Assembly: GCA_030390025.1 (NCBI GenBank) | Contig: CM059432.1 | Span: 100,752,001 to 100,816,000, forward strand | DNA length: 64,000 nt | Direction: 5' to 3' | Source of the DNA: Squalus acanthias | Lineage: Eukaryota | Shown here: positions 37,206 through 51,263 of the stretch, one piece after another | How positions within the stretch are numbered: position 1 is the stretch's first letter | How the letters are laid out: every line of letters starts with the position of its first letter | Translations under genes and position numbers: made by a program | Notes under the pieces: generated by a model | Seen by the model: the letters and a program-made list of their open reading frames with translations, nothing else | Database searches by the model: none | What the model was told of the DNA's origin: nothing

Positions 37206-37902
37206 CTAAATATTATTGTGCATATTAATATTGTACTTTTTGCTCTATCCAAAAATCACACTGTAAAAATTATCACAGTTTAACATCTGCCACTAGCTTT
37301 GATAATAGAAATTGAACACTGACAATACTGAATAGTAAGCCTTACACCAGTTCTGATTTGCCCTTTAAATTGCCAGCAAACTGGCAACATCTGTGAAATT
37401 ACACAATAAACCGGTTGCCAAGCTAAAAATTAACAGTTGCTAAAGCATTGCATTTATAATAATACATTCATCTGTGAAAGATATTATCCAATTTTACACT
37501 GGTTGCACTTAGTATAATGGTTTTTGGTATCCAGCTCATGTTGCATTGAAAAATGTTCCATCTTATTCCATAATTTTATATTACAATAATGTTCCTTGCT
37601 GCCCCAGTAGCAGCTGTTTAGCAGACATTTTTAAAATCCCCATGCTGGAATAAGTAGTGAAATTCATGATAGGATTTGAACCTAAAAGATAACACATTGT
37701 ATCACCATTTCAGAGAACTCTAATTAAAGTTTAGCTCCATAACTGAATATAAAGTTTGCAGAATAGGCAGATTTAAAAATGGGTTTTAAAATAAATTACT
37801 CTATTTGGCTTATGTTATGAATAGAATACTCCATGAGGTGCTATGAAACGTCGAACTTAAAACACTTGTTTTTAATCAGGTATTCCTCTATTTATATTAT
37901 TA

Positions 37903-40598
37903 AAAGAACAGAAGAATTAGGAGCAGGAGTAGGCCATACAGCCCCTCGAGCCTGCTCTGCCATTCAATAAGATCATGGCTGGTCTTCGACCTCAACTCCA
38001 CTTTCCCGCCTGATCCCCATATCCCTTGATTCATCTAGAGTCTAAAAATCTATCTCAGCCTTGAATATACTCAATGACTCAGCATCCACAGCCCTTTGGG
38101 GTAGAGAATTCCAAAGATTCACAACCCTCTGAGTGAAGAAATTCCTCCTCATCTCAGTCTTAAATGGCTGACTCCTTGTCTTGAGACTATGCCCCCTAGT
38201 TCTAGACTCTCCAGCCAGGGGAAACGACCTCTCAACATCTGACCTGTTAGTCCCCCTCAGAATCTTATATGTTTCAATGAGATCACCTCTCATTCTTCTA
38301 AACTCCAGAGAGTATAGGCCGAATCTACTCAATCTCTCTTCATAGGACAACCCTCTCATCCCAGGGATCAATCTAGTGAATCTTTGTTGCACCACCTCTA
38401 AGGCATGTATATCCATTCTCAGATAAGGAGACCAAAACTGTGCACAGTACTCCAGGTGTGGTCTCACCAAAGCCCTGTACAATTGTAATAAGACTTCCTT
38501 ACTCTTGTACTTCAACTCACTTGCAATAAAGACCAACATGCCATTTGCCTTCCTAATTGCTTGCTGTACCTACATGCTAACTTTCTGTGTTTCCTGTACG
38601 ACACATAAATCTCTCTGAACACCAACATTTAATAATTTCTCACAATTTAAAAAATATTCTGTTTTTCTATTCTTCCTGCCAAAGTGAATAACCTCACATT
38701 TCCCCACATTATACTCCATCTGCCACCTTAATGTCCACTCATTCAACTGACTATATCCCTTTGTAGGCCCTTTGTGTCCTCCTCACAGCTTACTTTCCAA
38801 CCTAGCTTTGTATCATCAGCAAACTTGGATACATTGCACTCGGTGCCTTCATCTAAGTCATTAATATAGATGTAAATAGCTGAGTCCCCAGTACTGATCC
38901 TTGCGGCACCCCACTAGTTACAGCCTGCTAACCGGAAAATGACCCGTTTATCACTACTCTCTGTTTTCTGTCCGTTAACCAATCCTCTATCCATGCTAAT
39001 ATATTACCCCCAACCCCATGAGCCCTTATCTTCTGTGGCACCTTATCGAATGCCTTTTGGAAATTCAAATATACTAAATCCACTGGTTCCCCTTTATCTA
39101 CCTTGCTAGTTACATCGCCAAAAAACTCTAATAAATTTGTTAAACATGATTTCTCTTTCATAAAACCATGTTGACTCTGCTTAATCATATAGTGATTTTC
39201 TAAGTGCCCTGTTACCACTTGCTTAATAATGGATTCCAGCATTTTCCTGACGACTGATGTCAGGCTAACTGGCCTGTAGTTCCGTTTTCTCTCTCCCTCC
39301 TTCCTTGAATAGCAGGGTTACATTTGCTGCCTTCCAATCCGCTGGGACCGTTCTAGAATTTAAGGCATTTTGGAAGATCACAACCAATGCATCCACTATC
39401 TCTGCAACCACCTCTTTTAGAACCGGTGGATGTATTTCATCAGGTCCAGGGGATTTGTCTACTTTTAGTCCCATTAATTTCTCAAGTATTTTTTCTCTAC
39501 TGATATTAATTACTTGAAGTTCCTCACTCTTATTAGCCCCTTTGTTCCCCACTATTTTTGGTATGCTTTTTGTGTCTTCTACTGTGAAGACAGATACAAA
39601 ATATTTGTTTAAAGTCTCTGCCATTTCCTTATCCCTATTATAATTTCACCTGTCTCAGCCTCTAAGAGACCAATGCTTATTTTTGCTACGCTCTTCCTTT
39701 TTACCTACTTGTAGAAGCTCTTACAAAATGTTTTTTATATTTCTTTCTAGTTTACTCTCATATTCTATTTTCTCCCTTATCATCAATTGTTTGGTCATCC
39801 TTTGCTGGTTTCTGAAGCTCTCCCAATCCTCAGGCTTACTACGATTCTTCGCAACATTATAAGTCTCTTCTTTTAATCTAATACTATCCCTATCTTCTTT
39901 AGTTAGCCACAAATGGATCACTTTTCCTGTGTAATTTTTATTTCTCAGTGGAATGTAAATTTGTTGAGAATTTTTGAATATCTGTTTAAATGTTTGCCAT
40001 TGCTTATCTACCATCATACGCTTTAATGTAATTTCCCAATCCACCTTAGTCAACTCGCTCCTCATACCTATGTAATTGGCTTCATTTAAATTTAAAACTC
40101 TCGTTTCCAACTGAAGTATTTCACTCTCAAACTCAATGTGAAATTTTATCATATTATGCTCACTCTTCCCCAGAGGATCCTTTGCTATGAGATTACTAAT
40201 TAACCCCGTCTCATTACACAATACAAGATCTAACGTAGCCTGTTCCCTGGTTGGTTCCATGATGTATTGTTCTAGGAAACTGTCGCGAATGCTTTCCATG
40301 AAATCGTCCTCCAGACTGCCTTTGCCAATATGATTTGCCCAGTCTATATGAAGATTCAAGTCCTCCATGATTATTATATTACCTTTGTTACAAGCTCCTA
40401 TTATTTGTTGATTAATACTCTGTCCAACGGTATAGCTACTGTTTGGGGCCCTATAAACTACTCCCACCAGTGTTTTCTGCCCCTTGTTATTACTTATCTT
40501 TACCCATGCTGATTCTACTTCCTGATCTTCTGACCAAGATCCTTTCTCACTCCTGTCCTTATGTCATCCTTTATTATCAGGGCTACCCCCTCCTTTTC
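37903..40598 (-). mobile_element. CR1 LINE, near-complete but disrupted ORF2 (EN and RT) and 3' UTR
   Basis: ORFs 39721..40467, 39265..39624, 38928..39242 and 38042..38539 occur in the expected order. Confidence 0.95.
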
Positions 40599-41639
40599 TT
40601 TGTAACTGTAAGAATGCAGGAATGTATGATTGTACAAATAGGTGATTATATTATCTTTCAAATCCTACAACCAGAGACGACTGATCCTTCAACCAACCAG
40701 CTCCCAGAATTATTTCTTCCATTTAATTTCTGATTAATGATTTTCCAAAGAACGTTTTGACTTGCAATCACCATGACAATTCCATGTTTCTCCCTTGGCT
40801 AAATTTCTGCCTAGCATCCACTGTCCAGCTTCACTTTGCCTTGACTGGACTGGCCCCATCAAAAATAATAAGGGGGTGATGCAGTGGAGCACATCGGTAA
40901 GTGGTTTTTCACTTCTGCATGCCCCAGATCCACTGAAAAAACAGTGAGGGTGGGGGAGGCAGAAAAACTAAGCTACAGAGTTCAATTGAAGAAAGTGTGT
41001 AAGAGGCATGCATAGGGCGAGGAAAAGGAAAACAGAGAGAGTTGAATATACTCAGGACAGAGACAAGGAGACAAAATTAATTTGTGAAACTAGCAGAGAG
41101 ATTGTTACCTGGAAAGAGAGAGACAATTTTTAAAATTTATTTTGATCTGATCAATTCTATAGAAGATCAAGTAGTTCCTGGCACAAGCTTACAGATCCGC
41201 TGCCAATTCTTGATAATAACAAGTTATCTATGAAAAAAATGTTATATTACTATATGCTCTCCCTGCCCCAACAGCAGGTATTTGGCAAACATTTTAGAAT
41301 GCTCATACTGGAATGAATAATGAAAGACACGAGGGCATTTCAATTTGGAACAGAACATACTGCACTACGGTATCATGGAATAACTGTAATTTGTCATGAA
41401 ATGTTCATATTTAAAAACAAAATTTGGACATCTGTCAAGCAGAGCAATTGATGCACACTGTATACCTGGAGCCAGAAAAACCCCAGGAGGGTCCTATTCC
41501 TGCATGCCCACTCTACAGCCACACTAAGCCCCACATCGACAGTGATTCCTTGACTGCCCTTCAAATTGACAGACCCCCAGTGCTCACTGACCTCTCACCC
41601 TCTTAAGGTGCCAGCTATCATGCCAACCCAATACCTAGC

Positions 41640-42110
41640 AAGAATCTTCAAGAGGTCCCATTTACACTTCAGGAAAGACTTTGCAAATGTTGATGCAATG
41701 GGTAATTAACACCAAACGGTATCAATTATTTGCTGAGAGTGTGCCAAAGCACTGAAGGTCCCCAGACGGTCATTTTCCTTGAGCTATTCTCAGAACTTCT
41801 CTGCTCTATTTGATTGGCATGGCACTGATCTGACATTCTGGCCAATAGTTGGGTGCAAGCACCGTTGATGAGCTTGTACTGCTGCAAAACACCTGCCCCA
41901 ACCTTATGAATGATCCTGTCCTTGCAATTTGGGACAGGGTTTGGGTCCTTTGGAGTCAACGGACTTGAGTCTTGCTCTGCCACACTTCGACTGATGGAGC
42001 ATGGCCATTGGACTCTTGGCCCCCATGACTTTGGCAAATGGTAACACTGACCAATTGTGAAGAAATGTATAGCTGTTCAGAGCCTTCAATGTATGTGCCT
42101 GTAAGTTCAG
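41640..42110 (-). mobile_element. Possible highly degraded Tx1/L1-type LINE 3' end
   Basis: Frameshifted peptides (PFAKV, SVAEQDS, NCKDRIIHKV, TVWG) loosely resemble a Tx1 ORF2 C-terminus; weak. Confidence 0.3.
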
Positions 42111-42214
42111 TGCAATCTATAAAGCAGCATGTACTCTGTTGTTTAGTCAGTACCTGAGTGACCAAATAGTTATTTTGAAAAAAAGATTTTAAATAATTTA
42201 ATTTGATTTATATT

Positions 42215-42952
42215 GGTCCAGATATTCTGATCGCAGGCCTCCCGCGGGCGGAGGGCTGTGATCTGGAAAAATTTGCGCCCTTACCTGAGGGCTCCCGCGA
42301 CGCGCACAATTCCGATGCTGGGCCTCACCAAACTGCAAGTGTGCAGGGCCCACGTATCCCAGGGGCGCATGTAGTTCGCAGCGTCCCTGGGATCACGTGG
42401 GCCATGGGGACCCAATCACAGAAGGGAATCTCCCTTCATACATTTGACAGGAAGACCTGTCAAATATATGAATGGAGATCACCCCCAAAACATAGTAAAA
42501 CATTAAATACTTTTTTTTTTTAAATCACATTTTTAAAATGACTTGAATATACAATAAATTAACTATTTTAAACAAAAATTTAAATTTTTGAAAAAAAATT
42601 AAAGTTTTTTACGGGGCTAAAAATAAACTTACCCTTTTTTAAAGTATTTTTAAATGACAAATCAGTGAAATTTTTTTTAAAACTTTTTTTCAACTCTTAT
42701 CCTGGTAAAAGCAGGCCTTACGCAAGAATTGTAAGGGTTTCTGCGGGTGGAGGGTCTCCAGAAAAGCAGAACTATCCGCCCGCAGAGGCCCTTCTCCAGG
42801 GCAGCCGGAGGATCTGTCAAGTGCTTTCTTGACAGATTGGAAATGCCGGTTTCCAGCGCATGCGCAGTGCATGCCTGAAACTGGCATTTCCGATGTCCCT
42901 ACGGGTGAGTACACAGCGCGTACACACCCGTAGGGATCGGAATATCAGGCCC
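42215..42952. mobile_element. Harbinger-type MITE family C (738 bp; GC-rich hairpin arms, AT-rich core)
   Basis: att|GGTCCAGATATTCTGATC ... GATCGGAATATCAGGCCC|att (18-bp imperfect TIR, ATT TSD). Confidence 0.85.
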
Positions 42953-43659
42953 ATTATATCCAGTGGGAAGCTACGGACCACATAACTTATTCCACTTATT
43001 TCTGATATATTCTGTCAAACTTTACTTCCTGAGCTTGGAAAATAGGCATTAACTGGTCATTTTCAGCTAATTTTTAAACATTAATCCAACCTCTAAAATG
43101 GATGTAGGAAGCTAAGAGGTGGAAGAAAGAAACTAAGTAAAGATTTTTTTAGGGAAATTGGGCAGAGAAAAGATAGATTAGGTTCGATTAGCAAAAAAAA
43201 GGACAAAGAATGGGAAGGAAGATAGAATAGGTGGAATGAAATACTTCTTTTTTCTTAAAATTGAATATTAAGTACCTATTTTAGTCACTTTGGATTAATA
43301 TTACAGCAATAAAGTTACTCCGAACATTTGAGTGGCTTTATCACTGTAATAACAGAATGTGTTCAAAGATTACCATGTATGAACTGAAAACTCACAGAAC
43401 TGGCCAGCCCAAGAACATAAGGATTTCCCTGGATCAACTGATGGTCTAAGGGATGAAAACAGGAAGAAGCTATTAAAATATTGTGTGAATGGAACTCATT
43501 AGGAGGATTCTCATTACCAGTGGCAAACAGAGGGCTATAGAATCCTAAGGCAACAGTGGAATCCCATGAAATCCCTTTCAGAGCTAACTTCTGGACATCA
43601 GAGAAAAATTTAATAACACACCAGGAAAAAAGCCTTACAAAAAGGGTTAGAATATTGTG

Positions 43660-45300
43660 GATGTGGATGTGGATGCTTTGGTAATAATTTTCCAAAATTC
43701 CCTGGACTCAGCAAAGGTCCCGGCAGATTGGAAAACTGCTAATGTAACACCCTTATTTAAAAAGGGTTGTAGGCAGAAGGCTGGAAATTATAGACCAGTT
43801 AGTCTAACATCTGTGGTGGGTAAAATTTTGGAGTCTATTATTAAGGAGACAGTAACGGAACATTTAGATAAACATAATTTAATAGGACAAAGTCAGCATG
43901 GCTTTATGAAGGGGAAGTCATGTCTGACAAATTTGCTTGAGTTCTTTGAGGACATAACGTACAGGGTGGATAAAGGGGAACCAATGGACGTAGTGTATTT
44001 AGACTTCCAGAAGGCATTCGACAAGGTGCCACATAAAAGATTATTGCTCAAGATAAAAAATCACTGGATTGGGGGGAATATTCTGGCATGGGTGGAGGAT
44101 TGGTTATCTAACAGGAAGCAGAGAGTTGGGATAAATGGTTCATTCTCGGACTGGCAACCAGTAGCCAGTGGTGTTCCGCAGGGGTCAGGTGCTGGGTCCC
44201 CAACTCTTTACAATCTATATTAACGATTTGGAGGAGGGGACCGAGTGTAAAATATCAAAGTTTGCAGATGATACAAAGATGGGAGGGAAAGTAGAAAGTG
44301 AGGAGGACATAAAAAACCTACAAGGGAATATAGACAAGCTGGGTGAGTGGGCGGAGATTTGGCAGATGCAATACAATATTGGAAAATGTGAGGTTATGCA
44401 CTTTGGCAGGAAAAATCAGAGAGCAAGTTATTATCTTAATGGCGAGAAACTGGAAAGTACTGCAGTACAAAGGGATCTGGGGGTCCTAGTGCAAGAAAAT
44501 CAAAAGGTTAGTATGCAGGTGCAGCAGGTGATCAAGAAGGCCAACGGAATGTTGGCTTTTATTGCTAGGGGGATAGATTATAAAAACAGGGAGGTATTGC
44601 TGCAGTTATATAAGGTATTGGTGAGACCGCATCTGGAATACTGCATACAGTTTTGGTGTCCATACTTAAGAAAAGACATACTTGCTCTCGAGGCAGTACA
44701 AAGAAGGTTCACTCGGTTAATCCCTGGGATGAGGGGGTGGACATATGAGAGAGGTTGAGTAGATTGGGACTCTACTCATTGGAGTTCAGAAGAGTGAGAG
44801 GCGATCTTATTGAAACATATAAGATTGTGAAGGGGCTTGATCGGGTGGATGCGGTAAGGATGTTCCCAAGGATGGGTGAAACTAGAACTAGGGGGCATAA
44901 TCTTAGAATAAGGGGCTGCTCTTTCAAAACTGAGATGAGGAGAAACTTCTTCACTCAGAGGGTAGTAGGTCTGTGGAATTTGCTGCCCCAGGAAGCTGTG
45001 GAAGCTACATCATTAAATAAATTTAAAACAGAAATAGACAGTTTCCTAGAAGTAAAGGGAATTAGGGGTTACGGGGAGCGGGCAGGAAATTGGACATGAG
45101 GCTGAGTTCGGATCGGTCGAGGCCCTGTGGGTGGCGTAGCGGGCCCAGGGGCTGAGTGGTCGGGTCCTGCTCCTACTTCTTGTGTTCTTTAGATTTGAGG
45201 TGAGGATCAGATCAGCCATGATCTTATTGAATGGCGGAGCAGGCTCGAAGGGCCGATTGGCCTACTCCTGCTCCTATTTCTTATGTTCTTATGTTCTTAT
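43660..45300 (+). mobile_element. Young CR1 LINE fragment (RT to tail) with a doubled 3' UTR
   Basis: ORFs 43657..44223, 44168..44758 and 44755..45099 are separated only by small frameshifts; tail ttcttatgttcttatgttcttat. Confidence 0.95.
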
Positions 45301-47154
45301 AATATTGATATAGGAAGCAGATTCAAAGCATATTGTCTTTCACCACCCCCCGCCCCTTACCCCAGAAAATCAATAAAACCTATTAATGATGAGCGGTCTT
45401 GGGGGAGACATTTCTTTTGAAAATAATTCTCATCGTATCACTGGCAGGAACAAATCGGCCTATTGTCTGTACAGTGCATGCGGGGAGAATGGGGGAAATA
45501 GAGAAAAAAAAACAGTTCTGGGAAAAAAAACAGGTGTGTGTAGGAGGCAGGGAGTGAAACTATTTAATGTAACTCTGCAATTAAATCCCTGACTAAATAC
45601 TTGCAAAATAAGCATAGCAGTAAAAGGTTAATTTTGTGTGTAAAGAAAATGTGGATGGGAATTTTATACTGAAGGTGGCACAGAATTACACATAAGCTTT
45701 AGTAAGTGATCTGCATTTGTTTGTCCTCTTGGACTTGAAGAAAAATAGCTTTAGAGAAATATTCTAGAGCTATTTAACTAGCTCTACATTTTTAAAGACC
45801 TAGTATTAAATTAGAAAAAAACAAGAGTCCTCAGTTTTCTACCATTGCTTTCTCCATTATTTAATCAAAGATAGATGGTAAAATGAGATCATATAACCTT
45901 CGCTTGCTGAGTTTAGAGATTCATTTTACTCCAGTTTCAAACATATGCTGTTGTGAACATTGCATTGATTATTCCCCAGGCAGCAGAACACAACTAAATA
46001 TGTTACTGAATGGGAAATTGTTTTGCAAAATGCTTACAGTGATATGGCCTCTGTGCGCAGTCAGTGTTCGTGATCTGTTCCAAGATGAATTCAGGACTCA
46101 GTTGTTGGCATTTCCACATTAGCAAAATGATCTTGGAATTCAAATTAGAAAATCTCTAGGATGGATGCTTCATAATCAAAATTACTGAGATTTTGTTACG
46201 AACTGTAAATAATTAAAGTAAATAAAACTGTGACTATTATTACAATCTCCTTGCCATGATTAAACAACTAAGCAATATTATCCAATGGAAAATCATGTAT
46301 ACATCACAGGACTTTACCATGCCAATTTCATGTTCTGGCATGAGAATAAAGCGTGGGCTGAAATAATTACTGGCATACATAGCTTCAAATCCTCACCATG
46401 AAAATAAATCTTCTTCTAATGTGCAAGAATAAAAAATAAAGAAAACATATTGCAAAAGAATATCATTTATATTTTGAATATGTTGGTTGCTTATAAATAT
46501 TATTGTCTGTTTTAAGTCAATAGGGACAGAAGATGCATGCAATCTATGATTATTTCTTAATGCTGCACAACAGTTTGCATTTGGAACTGTTTTGATGCTA
46601 ATCTCAAAAGTAGAAAAGAAATGGTGGTCAATATGTTACTACTAACAAAGAAAATGTTTGAAGAAGTTGGTTGTGTTTTCAGTAAAGTATTTGTGTAGAC
46701 ATTAAAATATATATTCAAATGACTCCCATGTGGAAACAGAAACACAGCTGGAAGGAAAGGTCTATATGGAGAGATTTGAAATGTGAAACAATGTCGAACA
46801 AGACTATTCAGAGTGAATAAACTAGGGGTTTGTGAACACTCTGATAGCCGATCACTCCATTCTTACTCTTTTCAAACAATGAACAAAATTCCATCTGCCT
46901 ATGAATGTCAGAACCTAATAAGCACAGACGTATTTGTTGATGAAGCACTCATTTCCAAACAGAGTGCTTTAAAACATGAGTTAACAAAGTCTTTGTGAAC
47001 AGAACCTTAAATAAGAACAGAACCTTAGAGCCGCCAGAAAAGCAATATCACTAAAAGGCAAAAAGCAAGATATCACATACGTCAACACAACCTTCCAACA
47101 CCAATGCCTACAACATGTTTTTTAACAACTTAATCTGTATGTCTTTTTTAAAGA

Positions 47155-48022
47155 AAAAACTCTCTCAGTACTGCACTGAGATGTCAGTCCAGATTATTGG
47201 CTTAAGTTCTGGAGTGGGACTTGGACCCATGGGGGGGGGCGGGGGGGAGAAATTCACTATCGCCCCGTTTGGCGCGCTAATTTTTAAAAGTTTGAAAAGT
47301 TAGCACCAGACGCTAACGATTTCAAACTTTTGAAAAATTTGCCATTTGCGTTCCAAGAAGGAAATGGCGCTAAATCAAGTGCTCCACTTACTTCTTGGAG
47401 CGCAATCGGCAGCAGGCGGGGCGGAGACTTCAGCAGCGCTGCACACTAGGCCGTGCAGCGCTGCCGCGTTCAAAGGCTCCTTCCCTCCCTTAAAGAGAGG
47501 CTCTGCAATATAAAAAGTACCTACCTGGACCACCAAGACAGCCGCGATCCCGCGCGATCAGCTCGGCACTCAAGCAGAGTGCCGGGCTGATCGATCGCGG
47601 GCAGGAACCCACGAAAAAAACTGGAAGAAAGGTAAGTATTTTTTACTTACCTCGGCTACCTCGCCTTTAATCATCGCCCCTGAAGCAGCCGGCCACCCAA
47701 TGAACGCCTCCTGCAGCTGTCACTGTTGTTGACCGGTGCTACTGCAGGGGGCAGAAGTCAATTTTGGGTCCGGGGCGCTACCGGGACGATGCACATGGCG
47801 ATGACGCCACGATCTCCGAGATCGGGGAGTGATGCCATAGTGCCTGTGCAAAACTCCAGCCGAATATGGTGGGAGTCAATGTCAGCGCCGCGCCTGGTCG
47901 CAAAGCCATTTGTGCCCTGTTAGCACCCCCGGGGGTGCTAACATTAGGTGCAAAGGCACCCAATTTCGCCCCCATGACCTTTTGACTCAGACATGAGAGT
48001 GCCTGCCACTTGAGTCAAGCTG
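47155..48022 (-). mobile_element. 5' part of a SacSINE1-like SINE, split by a MITE
   Basis: The reverse complement of 47155-47231 plus 47974-48022 matches the tRNA head and following sequence of 55493-55950. Confidence 0.7.
47232..47973. mobile_element. GC-rich Harbinger-type MITE family B
   Basis: atg|GGGG...GGGGGAGAAATTC ... CCCAATTTCGCCCCC|atg; colinear with 20256-20874. Confidence 0.86.
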
Positions 48023-48142
48023 ATGCTTCTTATTTGACAAAAATAACTTGGGCAATAAGTGCCCTGCAGACAGTGACTGTTGCAACCAATTTATGTTCAC
48101 TGTTCAACTACAATCACTCTCTTGTTTTTTTTGTTCATACTT

Positions 48143-48893
48143 ACATAGAATTACATAGAATATACAGCATAGAAACTGGCCATTCAGCCCAACAAGTCCA
48201 TGCCGGCGTTTATGCTCCGCTCGAGCCTCCCCCCATCCTTCCTCGTTTGATTCTATCAGCGTAACCCTCTATTCCCTACGCCCTAATATGTTTATCTGGC
48301 CTCCCCTTAAATGCATCTATACGATTCATCTCAACTATTCCATGTGGTAGCGAGTTCCACATTCTCACCACTCTCTGGGTAAATAAATTTCTTCTGAATT
48401 CCCGATTTGATTTCTTGGTGACTATCTTATATTGATGGCCTCCAGTTTCGCTCTTCCCCACAAGTGGAAACACCCTCTCTGTGTCTACTCTATCAAAACC
48501 TTTCATAATTTTAAAGACCTCTATTAGTTCGCCCCCTCAGCCTTCTCTTTTCAAGAGCAGAGACCCAGCCTGTTCATCCTTTCCTAATAGGTATATCCTC
48601 GCATTTCTGGTATCATCCTTGTAAATCTTCATTGCACCCTCTCCAGTGCCTCTATATCCTTTTTATAATATGGCGACCAGAATTTTACACAGTACTCCAA
48701 GTGTGGTCTGACCAAGGTTCAATACAAGTTTCGCATAATTTCTCTACTTTTCAATTCTATTCCTCGAGAAATAAACCCTAGTGCTTGGTTTGCTTTTTAT
48801 AAAATGGGCTTATTAACCTGCATCGCTACTTTTAGTGATTTGTGTATTTGTTCTCCCAGATCCCTTTGCTCCTCTACCCCATTTAGATTCTTA
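48143..48893 (-). mobile_element. CR1 LINE 3' fragment
   Basis: ORF 48276..48506 (FTQRVVRMWNSLP); catagaattacatagaat tail repeat. Confidence 0.9.
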
Positions 48894-49250
48894 GGGGGGT
48901 GATTTTGCCAATGGGGACGTGATGGAGACGGGACTGCTGCTTGTCGGATTATAGTCCCGCCTCCCCACGCTATTTTCCCTTGATTGACCATGTTAAGCCT
49001 GCCCAGCGGGCCAATTAAAGGAAAGCCGGTTACTGGTGGCGTCAGCGAGTGACGTTTCATCTGTCAAGAGCTTTTGACAGATGAAATGTCAGCGTTTGAG
49101 AGCTCTGTGAAGCTGTCAAACACTGACAATCTGTCTTCTAAGTTGAGTCCTCGGATATAGGCTCAGTTAGAGATCTGTCCTGAGCAGAAAGCAGAAGGCT
49201 GATGCATTTGAGAATGCAGCGGCCATTCTGCTTTCTCTGCCGGTGTGTTG
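48894..49250. mobile_element. One end of a Harbinger-type element (family of 15701-16533)
   Basis: tta|GGGGGGTGATTTT; inverted match to 16140-16533 including the catctgtcaa..ttgacagatg hairpin; other TIR not found. Confidence 0.75.
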
Positions 49251-49400
49251 AAATTTGATAGGTCACATTTAGCGAACTACAGGGCTTTGTGTCTCATAGT
49301 TTCAGCAACAAATTTTGCATGGCTAAATGTTTATAGTAAACAGCCCAAGGCTAGGGAACAGGAGATGAAGTTAATTTTTTCTGAGCAGAAACTTACTTCT

Positions 49401-50100
49401 GGCCAAATTTTCCATTTTGGATGCAATCGGCGATCCCGGGGCAAATTGTGCCCATTTTGAAAAGTTTTTTTTCTCGCATTTCCACACAAATGCATTTGCA
49501 TATCGTCAAACACAAAATTTGCCATGAACCAGCGCAATTGGGCGGCATTTTAAAACTTTTTTTGACAATTTACTTTAAAAAAAATTCCTTGATGTATTTA
49601 AGAGTGGTAACTGGGTGCAGTTTGATTAATACAGCTGAAAATGAGTTTATCACAAAAAATAAGCATTTTTAATCACATGTTGATCCACCACCTGTGAGTA
49701 ATCCGATTATAAATTACTGAAAAATGACTAAATAAAATGCAGAACCATTTGCTAGTTACATTGGTGAACAGTAGTCAGTTTCTTAGTAACAAAGAAAATT
49801 ACACTCAAAATCTTTTATACAATGCCTATTAGTGTCCTTGTGCCCAAACGAACCATTTTAATTTTTAGAGCCTCCTCAAAGGCCCGCAAATGAGCACAAT
49901 TAACGGAAACTCCCAAAGGTGATTAATTCATCCTGGAGGCGTGGCCAGCTTCCAGCACGATGTTTTTTAAACTAGGGCAAAAGATCATGAAAACTCGAGT
50001 TGTGCATTATGTAATTTGCTTAAAATTCTTTTGCGTTGGTTACACTGATTTCTGGCAAATTGCGCTGAAAAAACCTGCGTGACCGAGTGGAAACCCACAT
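49401..50100 (+). repeat. AT-rich interspersed repeat (probable DNA-transposon derivative), copy 2
   Basis: Colinear with 10950-11450; starts GGCCAAATTTTCC. Confidence 0.7.
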
Positions 50101-51072
50101 CTCAAACTTTTATCAATAACTAAAACAAACATTAACTACACCAAGCACTAGTTCAGATACTTACTAAACACCAGTGAACAGCACTAAATAGTGAGGGAAT
50201 ATCTATTAGCAACTAATTGATTACAGGTAACCGTCAAGGGCTAAACAAACAAAGAAGGTTATGCAAGTAAAGCAGGTCTGAATCTGTCTATTAATATACT
50301 GTTCATGATGGAAATGGAGCTGGGGTTCATTGCCACAGTAACTTGAGCAAATTATGGGTTCATGGTTAAAAAACAGACCTACTTCAGGGCTGCAACTAAT
50401 TCAATGCCTATTCAGACGCAAGGGGCTGCGCTGCCAGCATAAACTGGCCGTGGATTCGTAACCTGAATCCCTCACATTATTCCTACTCAGCTCCCTAAGT
50501 ACACATCATAAACTCTGATAGACAATAGATAAATAGAAAGTGGAATTTTTTTTAAGTTATCTTAACATGCTTAACCTTAGCTCGTCTGCTACATAGATAA
50601 ATGCTGCTCACATAACTTAATTTAAAGGAAATCAAATAAAAGGGCTTTTTCGGCAGTATAAATGGAGCAGCACCTAAATCTTACCTGGAAAGAACCAATC
50701 CCTGAGCTAAGATTATGGTAGTGGTTCTCAGCACAGATCAATATTCAAACAGTACCAAAAGAATAACTATTAGGAGAAGCTATATATTAAATTCAGGATA
50801 ATAAGGATTTAGATAGAGTAAAAAAATGACAGTACAAAGAAGAGCGATGAGTTAAGAGAGCGATAGGTAGAACAAGGAAATCTAAATGGATGATCGGAGC
50901 TTTAGAGCCCCTCTGAGAAATTAATTATATTTAGATAAATGAAGCCAGTAAGCTCTAGGTAGAATTGTGTCAGTGAAACATTATTTAATCCTGGATATCC
51001 AGAAATTGAAAAGCAGCACTAATTAAGGAGAAAAAATGAATTTATTAGTGTTCCTTTATGAAAAGAAATATA

Positions 51073-51263
51073 GGGGTTAAGTTTAGCAAGGCTGTGTTTT
51101 TGGCACAAAGCCTCGCTCAGTGGGAGTGCAGATCCGAGAAGGTCACCATGCCAGGTTCAGGGTGCTCCTGATGCTCTGATATTTAACTCTGCAGCCAAAC
51201 CTCCAATCCACGTTCCGGTGAGGTGATCTCTGCGATGGGAGCGCAACCTTGCAAAATTTACCC
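51073..51263. mobile_element. Short MITE-like element
   Basis: GGGGTTAAGTTTAGCAAGG ... CCTTGCAAAATTTACCC, with tat next to both ends. Confidence 0.55.

Noticed and set aside
42100..42135. IDCTE motif suggesting a Harbinger/ISL2EU DDE transposase
   Set aside because: No further DDE motifs follow in any frame I could read; probably chance.
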